Virus record (IMG/VR): IMGVR_UViG_3300020045_003231
Coordinates: 1 to 45,812 of that record
DNA: 45,812 nucleotides
Strand: one strand, 5' to 3'
From: a virus
Taxonomy: Duplodnaviria > Caudoviricetes
Shown here: positions 8,740 to 17,677 of the stretch, one piece after another
Layout of the letters: the number at the start of each line of letters is the position of its first letter
How positions within the stretch are numbered: position 1 is the first letter of the stretch
The notes under the pieces: model-generated
Database searches by the model: none
The model's input: only the letters and a program-made list of their open reading frames with translations
Told to the model about the DNA's origin: nothing
Made by a program: the position numbers and the translations under genes

Positions 8740-8906
8740 CAATTCCCCTGTTTGATCGGATGAATCCAGAAATCCTGGCGAGGCTTCGAAACTTCCAACT
8801 CCAGCATGCGAATCTTGGCCTCCCGCTTCGTCGCAAATACTTCCATCGGATGAATGTAAATGCTGTCTTTCATCCGCTTACCGCACATCAGCACATAACT
8901 TTTCAT
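8739..8906 (-). CDS. 55-aa hypothetical protein
   Basis: MKSYVLMCGKRMKDSIYIHPMEVFATKREAKIRMLELEVSKPRQDFWIHPIKQGN; first gene of the reverse cluster. Confidence 0.55.
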   Translation of the reverse strand: MKSYVLMCGKRMKDSIYIHPMEVFATKREAKIRMLELEVSKPRQDFWIHPIKQGN

Positions 8907-8998
8907 TCTTTTTCGCCCCTTCTTGTTGGTGTGAATCCATTATGTTTCTTGGCAGAATAGGCGTCCAATTGACAATTTCTATCAAAAAATGCTTGACG

Positions 8999-9024
8999 AT
9001 AGGATTTTCGTTTATAATCGACGC
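8999..9024 (+). promoter_or_regulatory. Putative late promoter for head operon (leaderless)
   Basis: ATAGGATTT at 8999, TATAAT at 9013-9018, ATG 6 nt downstream with no SD. Confidence 0.6.
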
Positions 9025-10074
9025 ATGACAGTCCAACGCTACGACTATTCGGCATTTGAGGCCACCAAGACCGATGAGGGTTTCTTGGTGGATTCGCCCA
9101 TTGTGGCGCGCGTAGGCATTCAGGATTATCGCAACGATGACGGCACCACGCGCCGCGAATTGCGCCTTCCGGAAGAGGTGTTCCACCCTGACGCGCTTGC
9201 ATCCATGCGCGGGAAGGTAATCACCGTCGATCATCCGAAGTCGGGCCGCGTCGATTCCAAGACTGCGCACCGCGTCAATATCGGCACCGTATTAAGTCAT
9301 GGCCGTCAAGAAGGCGACCATGTGCGCACAGATATCACCATCCATTCCCCCGACTCCATTGGCGACCGCCGCGAGCTTTCTCTCGGCTATACCGCCACGC
9401 TGGACGAAACCCCCGGTGAATGGAATGGGCAAAAGTACGATGCGATCCAGCGCAATATCCGGGTCAATCATTTGAGCGTTGTCAAGAAAGGCCGCGCCGG
9501 AGTTGCGCGCCTGAACATGGACAGCGACGAAGAGTTTTTCAACCAGCAGGAGCAACAACCCATGAACGTAATCAAAGTGAAACTTGATAGCGGTCTTGAG
9601 TATGATGCGGCTCCCGAAGTTTCGGCAGAGCTGCAAAAGCTCCGCAAAGACGCCTCGGACGCCGTTAGCAAACTCGACGCCGCTGTTGCCGCCAAAGACA
9701 CCTTGCAAGCCAAGGTCGATGGCATCGCCGATCAACTGAAAACCGCCCAGGCTCAAGGCCGCGCCGATGCACTGGCCCGCCTGCAACTGGAAGCGACCGC
9801 CGCCAAGTTCAAGGTGGATTGCGCCGGTAAAGATGACCGCCAGATCAAAGAAGCCGTCATCAAGTCGGTGCGTAAAGACGCCGACCTGGCTGACAAATCG
9901 AAAGACTATATCGATGCTGCATTCGATATCTCGGTCGAAGTCGCCCCATCGGCCGCCATGGCATCGCAGCGCAAAGACGCGATGACGCACGCTGACGGCA
10001 GCAAAGCACCGCTGACCAGCGAACAAAAACGCCTCGACATGATCGCGCGCGCCACGAACAAGGAGCAGAAATAA
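9025..10074 (+). CDS. Prohead protease/scaffold (DUF2213-like)
   Basis: TDEGFL...[43 protein letters not shown]. Confidence 0.9.
   Translation: MTVQRYDYSAFEATKTDEGFLVDSPIVARVGIQDYRNDDGTTRRELRLPEEVFHPDALASMRGKVITVDHPKSGRVDSKTAHRVNIGTVLSHGRQEGDHVRTDITIHSPDSIGDRRELSLGYTATLDETPGEWNGQKYDAIQRNIRVNHLSVVKKGRAGVARLNMDSDEEFFNQQEQQPMNVIKVKLDSGLEYDAAPEVSAELQKLRKDASDAVSKLDAAVAAKDTLQAKVDGIADQLKTAQAQGRADALARLQLEATAAKFKVDCAGKDDRQIKEAVIKSVRKDADLADKSKDYIDAAFDISVEVAPSAAMASQRKDAMTHADGSKAPLTSEQKRLDMIARATNKEQK
9562..10074 (+). CDS. Putative nested in-frame scaffold protein
   Basis: AGGAG at 9548-9552 before an in-frame ATG at 9562; coiled-coil-like Ala/Lys-rich sequence follows. Confidence 0.5.
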   Translation: MNVIKVKLDSGLEYDAAPEVSAELQKLRKDASDAVSKLDAAVAAKDTLQAKVDGIADQLKTAQAQGRADALARLQLEATAAKFKVDCAGKDDRQIKEAVIKSVRKDADLADKSKDYIDAAFDISVEVAPSAAMASQRKDAMTHADGSKAPLTSEQKRLDMIARATNKEQK

Positions 10075-10562
10075 TGGCTATCCCGCAAAATACCTTCGGC
10101 CAATATCAAGACGCTGGCTTTGCCGGTTTGATCTACGATAGCGGCTTCCACGACACCATGTCGTACTCGGCTGAGGGCGTGATTCCCTTCGGTTCGTTCG
10201 TCAAGCTCGGCACCAACAAGGAACGCCAGGTTCTGGCCCCGACGACCGCCGCCGGCCAAGCCGCGCTGCTGATCGGCGTTGCCGCTGCCTCGTTCACCGT
10301 GGAGCAGGCTTACCCATCCGGCGCCGCTGTTGCTGCCTACGCCGCGACCGAAACGGTTTCGACGTTCAAGGATGGCCGCATCTGGGTCATGACGAACGAT
10401 GCCGTGGTTGCTGGCGCTGTCGCCAACTTCGTTCTGGCTAACGGCACCGTGACCGATGAAGTGGTTGCGACCGGCATCGAAGCTTTCACCCAAATGACTG
10501 TTAAATTCGTGACCGGCACCACCGCCGCCGGCCTCGCCGTTGTGGAGATTTCGCCAAAATGA
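10074..10562 (+). CDS. Head decoration/cement protein
   Basis: Lies between scaffold and MCP; AEGVIPFG and GRIWV motifs. Confidence 0.75.
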   Translation: MAIPQNTFGQYQDAGFAGLIYDSGFHDTMSYSAEGVIPFGSFVKLGTNKERQVLAPTTAAGQAALLIGVAAASFTVEQAYPSGAAVAAYAATETVSTFKDGRIWVMTNDAVVAGAVANFVLANGTVTDEVVATGIEAFTQMTVKFVTGTTAAGLAVVEISPK

Positions 10563-11539
10563 ACATGAAAACTGAAAACATGCACTACGACGAGCAAGAT
10601 TTGCGCATCGCCGAAAACAGCGGCCTGTTGCGCCAAGATGCCGGCGAAGCTGTCTTCTTCGCGCGCCAACTGGAGTACGTGCGCTCCAAGACCTACGATG
10701 TGCTGCGTCCCGCGCTGTCGGCATGGGACTTGTTCCCAATCGACACCAGCGTACCGGCCGGCGCGAAGACGATCACCTGGCGCCAGTGGGACATGACCGG
10801 CGCCGCGAAGATCATCGCTTCGTACGCCGACGATCTGCCGCACGCTGGCGTCAAGGCACTGGAAACCACCACGCCTATTCGCAGTATCGGTAACTCGTAC
10901 GGCTATGACGTGCAGGATATCCGCCACGCGCAATACGCCGGCCTGCCGCTGGATTCGAAACTGGCCCTGGCCGCACGCAAGGCCAACGAGCAGACCGTCA
11001 ACCGTCTGGCATGGACTGGCGATGCAATCTCGGGCCTGCCTGGCTTCCTGTCGAACACGAACATTCCAGCGTACGTGATCCCAGCTGACGGCACCGGCTC
11101 CAGCAAGCTGTTCTCGACCAAGACGCCGGATTTCATCATCCGCGACTTGAATGGCCTGGCCAACAGCGTGTTCACCGTTACCAACGGTACGCACCGCCCT
11201 AACGAAATCTGGATGCCGCTCGCGCAGTATGCCTACATTTCGAGCACGGCCCGCAGCGCCAACAGCGATACGACCATCCTGGATTACTTCCTGGCGAACA
11301 ACCCGTTCATCGAGCGCGTTGTTCCGGTGCTGGAACTGACCGGCGCTGGCGCAGGTGGTGCGGATCTGGTTGTCGCCATCGAGAACAGTGCTGAGAACTA
11401 CCAGCTCAATATCCCGATGATGTTCATGCAGCATCCCCCACAAGCGCGCAATCTGTACTTCGAGATTCCATGCGAATCGCGCTTCGGAGGTGTGACCATC
11501 GAGCGACCATATTCGATGGCGATTGGCTCGGGCATCTAA
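10559..11539 (+). CDS. Major capsid protein (DUF2184-like)
   Basis: FFARQLEY, GAAKII..YADDLP, SYGY...DI, C-terminal SRFGGVTI.RP; true start may be 10565 or 10580. Confidence 0.9.
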   Translation: MNMKTENMHYDEQDLRIAENSGLLRQDAGEAVFFARQLEYVRSKTYDVLRPALSAWDLFPIDTSVPAGAKTITWRQWDMTGAAKIIASYADDLPHAGVKALETTTPIRSIGNSYGYDVQDIRHAQYAGLPLDSKLALAARKANEQTVNRLAWTGDAISGLPGFLSNTNIPAYVIPADGTGSSKLFSTKTPDFIIRDLNGLANSVFTVTNGTHRPNEIWMPLAQYAYISSTARSANSDTTILDYFLANNPFIERVVPVLELTGAGAGGADLVVAIENSAENYQLNIPMMFMQHPPQARNLYFEIPCESRFGGVTIERPYSMAIGSGI

Positions 11540-11571
11540 CAGCGTGATGGCTGGTACGGCGTGAGCCGGGG

Positions 11572-11601
11572 AGCGGCCGTAGAAATATGGCCGCTTTTTT
11601 T
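11572..11601 (+). terminator. Intrinsic terminator after MCP
   Basis: AGCGGCCGTA-gaaa-TATGGCCGCT followed by a T run. Confidence 0.85.
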
Positions 11602-11643
11602 AAATCCATCACAAACCTAAATCCATCACACAAAGGAAATATC

Positions 11644-11868
11644 ATGCAGCTCAAAAATAACTCGGCCCGTCCTTACCATGTCGCCATGAAGTTGATTGCG
11701 CCAGGCGCAACCGTCGAAGTGCCAGATACCGCGATGGCCGACATCAAAGGTATCGCCGACCTGGAAGTGATCAAGGAATCGGCCCAGGTCGAGACAGTTG
11801 AATTCAAAGAAGTCGAACCAGAAGCCAAGAAGCCTGGCCGCCCAGCGAAATCGAAAGAAGAGGCTTAA
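11644..11868 (+). CDS. Small protein downstream of MCP
   Basis: AAGGAA RBS before ATG 11644; KKPGRPAK tail typical at this locus. Confidence 0.7.
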   Translation: MQLKNNSARPYHVAMKLIAPGATVEVPDTAMADIKGIADLEVIKESAQVETVEFKEVEPEAKKPGRPAKSKEEA

Positions 11869-11871
11869 GCA

Positions 11872-12288
11872 ATGACCGCGCTTCAATTCTTCCGCATCAT
11901 CGCAAAGCAGTTTGCGGACATGTCCGATGCGGACGTTGAGGCGTGGCTCGCTATCGCCCTGTTGAATGCGAATACCGCTTGCCTCGTTGGCGACCGGCTG
12001 GCATTGGCGCAGGCGCTGTACGCCGCCCATATGCTTTTCCTCGACGCCTCCAACAGTACTGGAGAAGGCGGGCGCGGCAACATCAAGATGGAGAAGGAAG
12101 GCGACTTGCAGCGGCAATACGGTTCCAGTGTCGGCGGCGATACATGGCTCGGCCTGTCGCCTTACGGCACGCAATACAACGACATGCTGTTAGGCTGCTC
12201 GGGCGCCGGCATCATGACGCGCTACGGCAACAATCCGCCGCTGTATATCGATGACGATTTCATGGGGAGCTATGGCTATGGCTATTAA
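11872..12288 (+). CDS. Head-tail adaptor (DUF4054-like)
   Basis: FRIIAKQF, LYAAHML, EKEGDL...Y, SPYGTQY. Confidence 0.85.
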   Translation: MTALQFFRIIAKQFADMSDADVEAWLAIALLNANTACLVGDRLALAQALYAAHMLFLDASNSTGEGGRGNIKMEKEGDLQRQYGSSVGGDTWLGLSPYGTQYNDMLLGCSGAGIMTRYGNNPPLYIDDDFMGSYGYGY

Positions 12289-12297
12289 GGCGCACGC

Positions 12298-12636
12298 ATG
12301 AGCTTCCGCAAGATCCAGACACTCACGCGCATAGGCGCGGGAGAATACGTCGATGGCGTCTTTATCCCGGGCGCCAGCGTGCCTTTTACCATCCTTGCCA
12401 GTGTGCAGCCCGTAAGCGCTCAGGACATCATGACGCCGCCGGAGGGTAAGCGCCTGTCGGACTACGTGAAGGTGTACACCTCGACGCAATTACAGATCCT
12501 CAATGAGGTGGCGGGCCTGGAGCCGGATCAGCTGATCTGGCGTGGCCATACATACGAATGCACGGCCGGCGATGCGTGGCAAAACGGCGTGATTTCTCAC
12601 TACCGCTATATTTTCTCGAAACTGAGCCAGCAATGA
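12298..12636 (+). CDS. Head closure protein
   Basis: GEYVDG, ASVQP, PEG.R...VKVYT, PD..IW.G..YE. Confidence 0.8.
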   Translation: MSFRKIQTLTRIGAGEYVDGVFIPGASVPFTILASVQPVSAQDIMTPPEGKRLSDYVKVYTSTQLQILNEVAGLEPDQLIWRGHTYECTAGDAWQNGVISHYRYIFSKLSQQ

Positions 12637-13151
12637 CATTGCAAACCGATCTTTATGCGTTGATGCAGCCGGTTATCGGTGGCACGGTTATCTTTGCGGA
12701 TCAGTCGGCGGCTCGGCCGGCATTGCCATATACGACGCTCAAAGTGATGTCGGTGCGCCGCGTCAATACCGATCATTACAGCGACACGAACGACGCGGGC
12801 GAACAAGAAGTAAAAGGCGACCGCGAATTCACCCTATCCGTGCAGCGTTTCCAGGCATACGGGCCAGATAGCGTGACTGATTTATTGCAGATCGTATCCG
12901 ATAAGCTGCGCCTCACATCGGTAATCGATAAGTTTTGGGCTAAACGACTAGTGGCATTCGATACCGGCGCGGTAACAGATATCTCTGCACTGCTCGATAA
13001 AACGCAGATTGAGAAACGCGCGGCACTCGATATTATGATCCGCTACAAATCATCGCTGCTGGATCAAGTTGGCTATTTCGATACGGTGCATGTAACCGGA
13101 ACGGATGACGGCGTTAATTCGCCAGAATATGTAATCGTGGCTTCTGTCTAA
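12633..13151 (+). CDS. Tail terminator/completion protein
   Basis: Start at 12633 (ATGA overlap); VIFADQ...RPALPY, EKRAALD; precedes sheath. Confidence 0.75.
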   Translation: MTLQTDLYALMQPVIGGTVIFADQSAARPALPYTTLKVMSVRRVNTDHYSDTNDAGEQEVKGDREFTLSVQRFQAYGPDSVTDLLQIVSDKLRLTSVIDKFWAKRLVAFDTGAVTDISALLDKTQIEKRAALDIMIRYKSSLLDQVGYFDTVHVTGTDDGVNSPEYVIVASV

Positions 13152-13163
13152 TAGATTGTAGCT

Positions 13164-13183
13164 ATAGGTTTTAGATGTATAAT
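13164..13183 (+). promoter_or_regulatory. Putative late promoter for tail operon
   Basis: ATAGGTTTT at 13164 and TATAAT at 13178, the same spacing as at 8999/9013. Confidence 0.6.
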
Positions 13184-13219
13184 CCGATTTATCAATCAAC
13201 ATAACAGGACGATTCCCAC

Positions 13220-14542
13220 ATGGGTACTCTCTCAGACATTGTTTCCGTACAGATTGCCCTTAACACGGCAGCGGTACAGCGTGGGACGTTCGGCATTGCG
13301 ATGATTGCCGCGCCGCTCACTTCCTTCTCCGAGTTGGTGCGCAGCTATACCAGCTACGACGCCACGAAAAACGACAACCTGCCGCCACAAGTGCTGGTTG
13401 CGCTGTCGGATGCCTTCGCGCAGACGCCGCACCCGACTACCGTTAAAGTTGGCCGCCTGACCGCCGCAAGCGCGATCATCACGCCGATTGACGCTGTTGC
13501 CGGCGCGGTCTACTCGCTCAAGCTTGGCACCACTACCGTGAGCGTTACAGCAGCTGCCACGCCAACCACCAGCACCATTGCAACGCAGCTCGCCGCCGCG
13601 ATCAATACCGCCGCGCTGGGCGTTACGGCTACCGCGACCGCCGCCAACGTTTCGTTGGTCAATACTGGCACCGTTGTACCGGTCACCACGTTCAGCCGCA
13701 TTCAGTGGGGCGCGATTACCCCAGGCGCCGGTTCGCTGGCTGCCGATCTGACCGCTATCGCGTCCGCTGATAAAGCATGGTACGTGCTGCACATGGTTGA
13801 GCGCACCAAGCAGCGTATCCTTGACGCGGCTGCATGGGTCGAAGCAAACGAAAAACTGTTCATCACGGCTACCGCCGATGCTGACGTGCTCGTGCCAGGC
13901 ACTACGACGGACGTAGTTAGCACGCTGCAAGCAACGCAGTACTTCCGCACGGCGATCATTTACGCATCCAATGCCGCCACGGAATACCCCGACGTTGCTT
14001 GGGCATCGCGCGTGCTGCCAATCCAGCCAGGCGCCGAAACGTGGGCATTGAAGCGCATTGCCAGCGTGACGGCCGACAACCTGAGCGCCACGCAAAGCAC
14101 GACGATCTACACCAAGGGCGGCAATACCATCGACACGTATGCGCCTGCCCTAGCGCTGACCCGCAACGGCAAAGTCGCAGCCGGCGAATATATCGACGTG
14201 ATCCGCTTCCGCGACTGGCTCAAGGATCTGATCCAGACCAACATGGTGCAAATGTTGGTCAACCGCGACAAGCTCCCTTACACGGACGCGGGTATCAACG
14301 TGGCGCACACGAACATGAAAGGCTCGCTGCGCACTGGCCAGAATGTCGGCGGCATCGCTCCGGATGAATTGAAGGCTGACGGTTCGCAGAATCCCGGCTT
14401 CGTCACGTTCGCCCCGCTGGCCGCTGATGTCGATGACGTTACCAAGGCCGCGCGAACTCTGTACCTGACCTTCAATGCCCGCATTGCTGGCGCGATTCAC
14501 CTTATCAACATTACTGGCTCGCTGTCGTACAGCCTGACCTAA
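13220..14542 (+). CDS. Contractile tail sheath (DUF3383-like)
   Basis: IVSVQI, PGAETWALK, GEYIDVIRFRDWL, KLPYTDAG, AGAIH. Confidence 0.92.
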   Translation: MGTLSDIVSVQIALNTAAVQRGTFGIAMIAAPLTSFSELVRSYTSYDATKNDNLPPQVLVALSDAFAQTPHPTTVKVGRLTAASAIITPIDAVAGAVYSLKLGTTTVSVTAAATPTTSTIATQLAAAINTAALGVTATATAANVSLVNTGTVVPVTTFSRIQWGAITPGAGSLAADLTAIASADKAWYVLHMVERTKQRILDAAAWVEANEKLFITATADADVLVPGTTTDVVSTLQATQYFRTAIIYASNAATEYPDVAWASRVLPIQPGAETWALKRIASVTADNLSATQSTTIYTKGGNTIDTYAPALALTRNGKVAAGEYIDVIRFRDWLKDLIQTNMVQMLVNRDKLPYTDAGINVAHTNMKGSLRTGQNVGGIAPDELKADGSQNPGFVTFAPLAADVDDVTKAARTLYLTFNARIAGAIHLINITGSLSYSLT

Positions 14543-14556
14543 TAGGAGCATAAAAT

Positions 14557-15000
14557 ATGAGCGGCCCAGGCACTTATCAGGGAACTTACGCGGCTGAAAA
14601 AGTCGTGGTGGCAGTTGGTGGCGTTATCGTCAGCGGCTTTGGTGACGGCGACTTTATCACAGCAAAATTTGATGAAGATCGTTTTGTCAAGCGTGTCGGT
14701 GCGGACGGTGAAGTAGGCCGCTCGAAAAACGCATCGAAATCAGGAACGATTGAAATCGTCTTGTCTGGAACCAGTGGCGCAAACGACGAGCTGACCCGCT
14801 TGTTTAATCTGAATATGATTGGCGGCGTCGATGCAATCATTCCGGTATCGGTGGTCGATCTTTCGGGCCGCACGGTGCTTTTCGCCGGTAAAGCATGGCT
14901 GAAAACAGCTCCCGATGTCGTCTTCGGGAAAGAAATCAGCGACCGAACCTGGACTATCGACTGCGCCGACTTGTCTTACGGCGTAGGCGGTAACGGTTAA
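14557..15000 (+). CDS. Tail tube protein (DUF3277-like)
   Basis: GFGDGDFI, VGADGEV, SGTIEI.L..TS..N, R.WTI. Confidence 0.9.
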   Translation: MSGPGTYQGTYAAEKVVVAVGGVIVSGFGDGDFITAKFDEDRFVKRVGADGEVGRSKNASKSGTIEIVLSGTSGANDELTRLFNLNMIGGVDAIIPVSVVDLSGRTVLFAGKAWLKTAPDVVFGKEISDRTWTIDCADLSYGVGGNG

Positions 15001-15003
15001 TAA

Positions 15004-15027
15004 AAGGGGCTTCGGCCCCTTATTTCT
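15004..15027 (+). terminator. Intrinsic terminator
   Basis: AAGGGGC-TTCG-GCCCCTT followed by ATTTCT. Confidence 0.8.
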
Positions 15028-15115
15028 GTAAGTCTCATTAGCCTTTACGGCTAGCATCAAATATGCGGTTATATCGTCTATAATCGCCATATCACCATCA
15101 CACTAGGAATTAACA

Positions 15116-15580
15116 ATGACCACCCGCGAAACATTCATCATTGGGAGTTCGGAGTACGCCGCAAGTAAAATCGCGCCGTTCGCTGCCAATGGCATCATTT
15201 TGAAACTGCAAAAGATTATCCTGCCGGCGCTTGGCGAGGTAATGGGCGATGGCAAGGACAAGAAAGCCGATGTTCTGGAAATGGACGTAAGCGCCATCTT
15301 TGGCGTGCTGTCATCGAAACTGGATGACTCGGTGATGTCCGATATCGTGCTGCCGATGTTCAAGCTTGCCCAGGTGGCGTGCCTTACCAAAGACGGTGAG
15401 AAGAAGGATATCAAAATCGACTCCGCATCCGGCATCGATAAAGTATTCGTGGACGCTGACGGCCTGGCCGAATTCTACGAATTGATCTTCGAAGTCCTGA
15501 AATACGAGTTTGGGGGTTTTTTCGCTTCGCTGGTGGCGCGCTTTGGCAACAAAGGTGGCGCCCCACTGGCGACTCAATAG
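15116..15580 (+). CDS. Tail assembly chaperone (gpG-like)
   Basis: Between tube and tape measure; ends in the EFGGFF slippery region. Confidence 0.8.
   Translation: MTTRETFIIGSSEYAASKIAPFAANGIILKLQKIILPALGEVMGDGKDKKADVLEMDVSAIFGVLSSKLDDSVMSDIVLPMFKLAQVACLTKDGEKKDIKIDSASGIDKVFVDADGLAEFYELIFEVLKYEFGGFFASLVARFGNKGGAPLATQ
15514..15523 (+). other. Programmed -1 frameshift site
   Basis: In-frame G GGT TTT and T TTT TTC heptamers; the -1 frame is open to 15795. Confidence 0.75.
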
Positions 15581-15795
15581 ACTTCGCCCGGGTAGGGGAT
15601 TTGTCGCAGGAATTGCAGGATAAGTTCTGGATCTATCGCCCTATCCTGGCTGGAAAATGCACGATTGAAGGCGTTAATTCGGGAGAGGTGAGCATTGAGC
15701 AGGTTCTCGAATTGAATGCCTTGCTCGATATGTCCACCGCCTACGAACAATATCAATCGCATGTTCAAGAGCAGAAGTCGAAAACAAAAAAGTAA
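15520..15795 (+). CDS. Frameshifted extension of tail chaperone (gpT-like)
   Basis: -1 frame relative to 15116; contains WIYRPILAGKCT...ELNALLD. Confidence 0.7.
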   Translation, partial: FRFAGGALWQQRWRPTGDSIDFARVGDLSQELQDKFWIYRPILAGKCTIEGVNSGEVSIEQVLELNALLDMSTAYEQYQSHVQEQKSKTKK

Positions 15796-15808
15796 ATAGG
15801 GATTAACG

Positions 15809-17677
15809 ATGATTGTTAGGCAACTACTCACAGAGCTTGGCTTCCGCCTCGACCAAGGCGGCGTCAATGTGTACGTGACGACAATCAACAATATCCGCAA
15901 TGCCGCACAGCAGGCTCAGAACTCGCTTGGTGCCATGTTCGGCGCCATTGCCACGCTCGGGGCGTTGAAGTCGCTTGCTCACGTTGCCGACGAAATGCAG
16001 TCGCTGGAGTTCCGCATCGGCGAGTTGCCGCAGACGGTAGGCAGCGCGGCAGACTCGTTTGACTTGGTGGCCAAGCACGCGATTGAAACGCGCCACTCGC
16101 TGGGCGAATACGCCAATCTGTACATCAGGATTGCCGGAGCGACGACGAAGTTTCTCACCACGCAAGAGGAAGTTGTTACGGTGACGGATACCGTTGCTAA
16201 GGCGCTGGTGATTGGTGGCGCCACGGCGCGCGAGCAGGCGTCCGCGCTGTTCCAGTTGTCGCAGGGCTTCCAGGCTGGCAAGCTCCAGGGCAATGACTTC
16301 AAGATCTTCATGGCTGCGATGTCGTCCGACTTCAAGAATAAGTTCTCGGAGGCGGCTGGATTCAGCATTGAGCAACTCAAGGAAATGAGTTCGCAGGGAA
16401 AGCTAACTGCCGAACTCGTCGCCCGGGCCTTGCTCAAGATCGCGCCACAGTTTGACGAATCGTTCAAGAATGTGCCGCTCACAGTGGGCGCTGCAACAGC
16501 CGTCATCGGCAGCAAGTTTGCATGGTTCATCGCCAAGCTGAATCGAGAGTCGCACGTCATCACGAATGTGGCATCGTTCTTTGTCGATACATTTGACCGC
16601 ATTGAGGCCGGACTCAACAACATCGTTGACTTCTTTGGTGATGCGACCAAGACAGTAAAATTCTTCGGCATTGCCATTGCCGCTGCTTTGGCGCCGGCCG
16701 TGTTCCGCTTCCTGGCTGGATCCGTAATGTTCCTTGTGTCGCCTCTTGGCCTGCTGATTGCTGGCCTGATTCTTGTCGGACTGGCCATCGAAGATTTCTA
16801 CGCTTGGATGCGCGGCGGGAAGTCTCTCTTCGGGCAATGGTTTGGTAACTTTGATGACGCAAAGAGAAAATTCCTGGAATATGAAGACACCATCACCGCT
16901 GTAAAGATTGCCGTTGTGTCGGCTGTCGCGCTGATGGGGCTGCACTTCGCCCAACTGGCGATCAATGCCGGTATCGCAGCGGCGCGCACCGGCCTTGTGT
17001 GGGCGCTGACCTTCGCAGAATTCGCTATCGCTGTGGCGACGAATGGCCTTGTCATCGCAAGCTGGGTGGTCAATACCCTGGCGCGCATCGGCATATTGGT
17101 GATTGGCTGGATTATCAGCTTCGCGCAGATGGCAATTGCGACCATCGCGGCCACATGGCCATTGCTGCTGATTATCGTCGCCATCGTCGCTGTCATCGCT
17201 GCTGCTTATCTGTTGTGGAAAAACTGGGATACCGTCATGGAGTGGCTGACCGCAGCCGCAGCCAAGGCATATGATTTCCTGTTCTCCGGCTTCGAGTCTG
17301 CCGGCATCAAGATTGCTGAGTACGCTAAAGGCATTTGGGATAGCGTCGCCGGCGGATTCTCCGCGATGGTTGAAAAAATCTCCGGCTACTGGAATGCATT
17401 CAAGTCGTTTTTCGGCATGGGCGTGACAACCACGATCACGGCGGCAGCCAATGCTCAGCAAGCGACCAATATTGCTCCTAGCACTGTGGCTGGCGCGGCA
17501 TCTGCGGCCAGCGGCGTGCCAAGCTATGGCGCCGGCCCATCGCTGGCCGTGACTGTCAACCAAACGCTTCCTCCAGGCACTACGGCTGAAACGGCAGCGG
17601 CAGCGAAAGACGCCACCATGCAAGCGGCTCCCGATTCCTTTGCGGCATTTTCTCGCCAGATGGCACAGGCTTACTAA
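15809..17677 (+). CDS. Tape measure protein
   Basis: SALFQLSQG...KLQGNDF and GKLTAE tape-measure motifs; long hydrophobic Ala-rich region. Confidence 0.92.
   Translation: MIVRQLLTELGFRLDQGGVNVYVTTINNIRNAAQQAQNSLGAMFGAIATLGALKSLAHVADEMQSLEFRIGELPQTVGSAADSFDLVAKHAIETRHSLGEYANLYIRIAGATTKFLTTQEEVVTVTDTVAKALVIGGATAREQASALFQLSQGFQAGKLQGNDFKIFMAAMSSDFKNKFSEAAGFSIEQLKEMSSQGKLTAELVARALLKIAPQFDESFKNVPLTVGAATAVIGSKFAWFIAKLNRESHVITNVASFFVDTFDRIEAGLNNIVDFFGDATKTVKFFGIAIAAALAPAVFRFLAGSVMFLVSPLGLLIAGLILVGLAIEDFYAWMRGGKSLFGQWFGNFDDAKRKFLEYEDTITAVKIAVVSAVALMGLHFAQLAINAGIAAARTGLVWALTFAEFAIAVATNGLVIASWVVNTLARIGILVIGWIISFAQMAIATIAATWPLLLIIVAIVAVIAAAYLLWKNWDTVMEWLTAAAAKAYDFLFSGFESAGIKIAEYAKGIWDSVAGGFSAMVEKISGYWNAFKSFFGMGVTTTITAAANAQQATNIAPSTVAGAASAASGVPSYGAGPSLAVTVNQTLPPGTTAETAAAAKDATMQAAPDSFAAFSRQMAQAY

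Noticed and set aside
8993-9018. Canonical sigma70 promoter TTGACG...TATAAT
   Set aside because: The spacer is only 14 nt; treated instead as an activator-type late promoter
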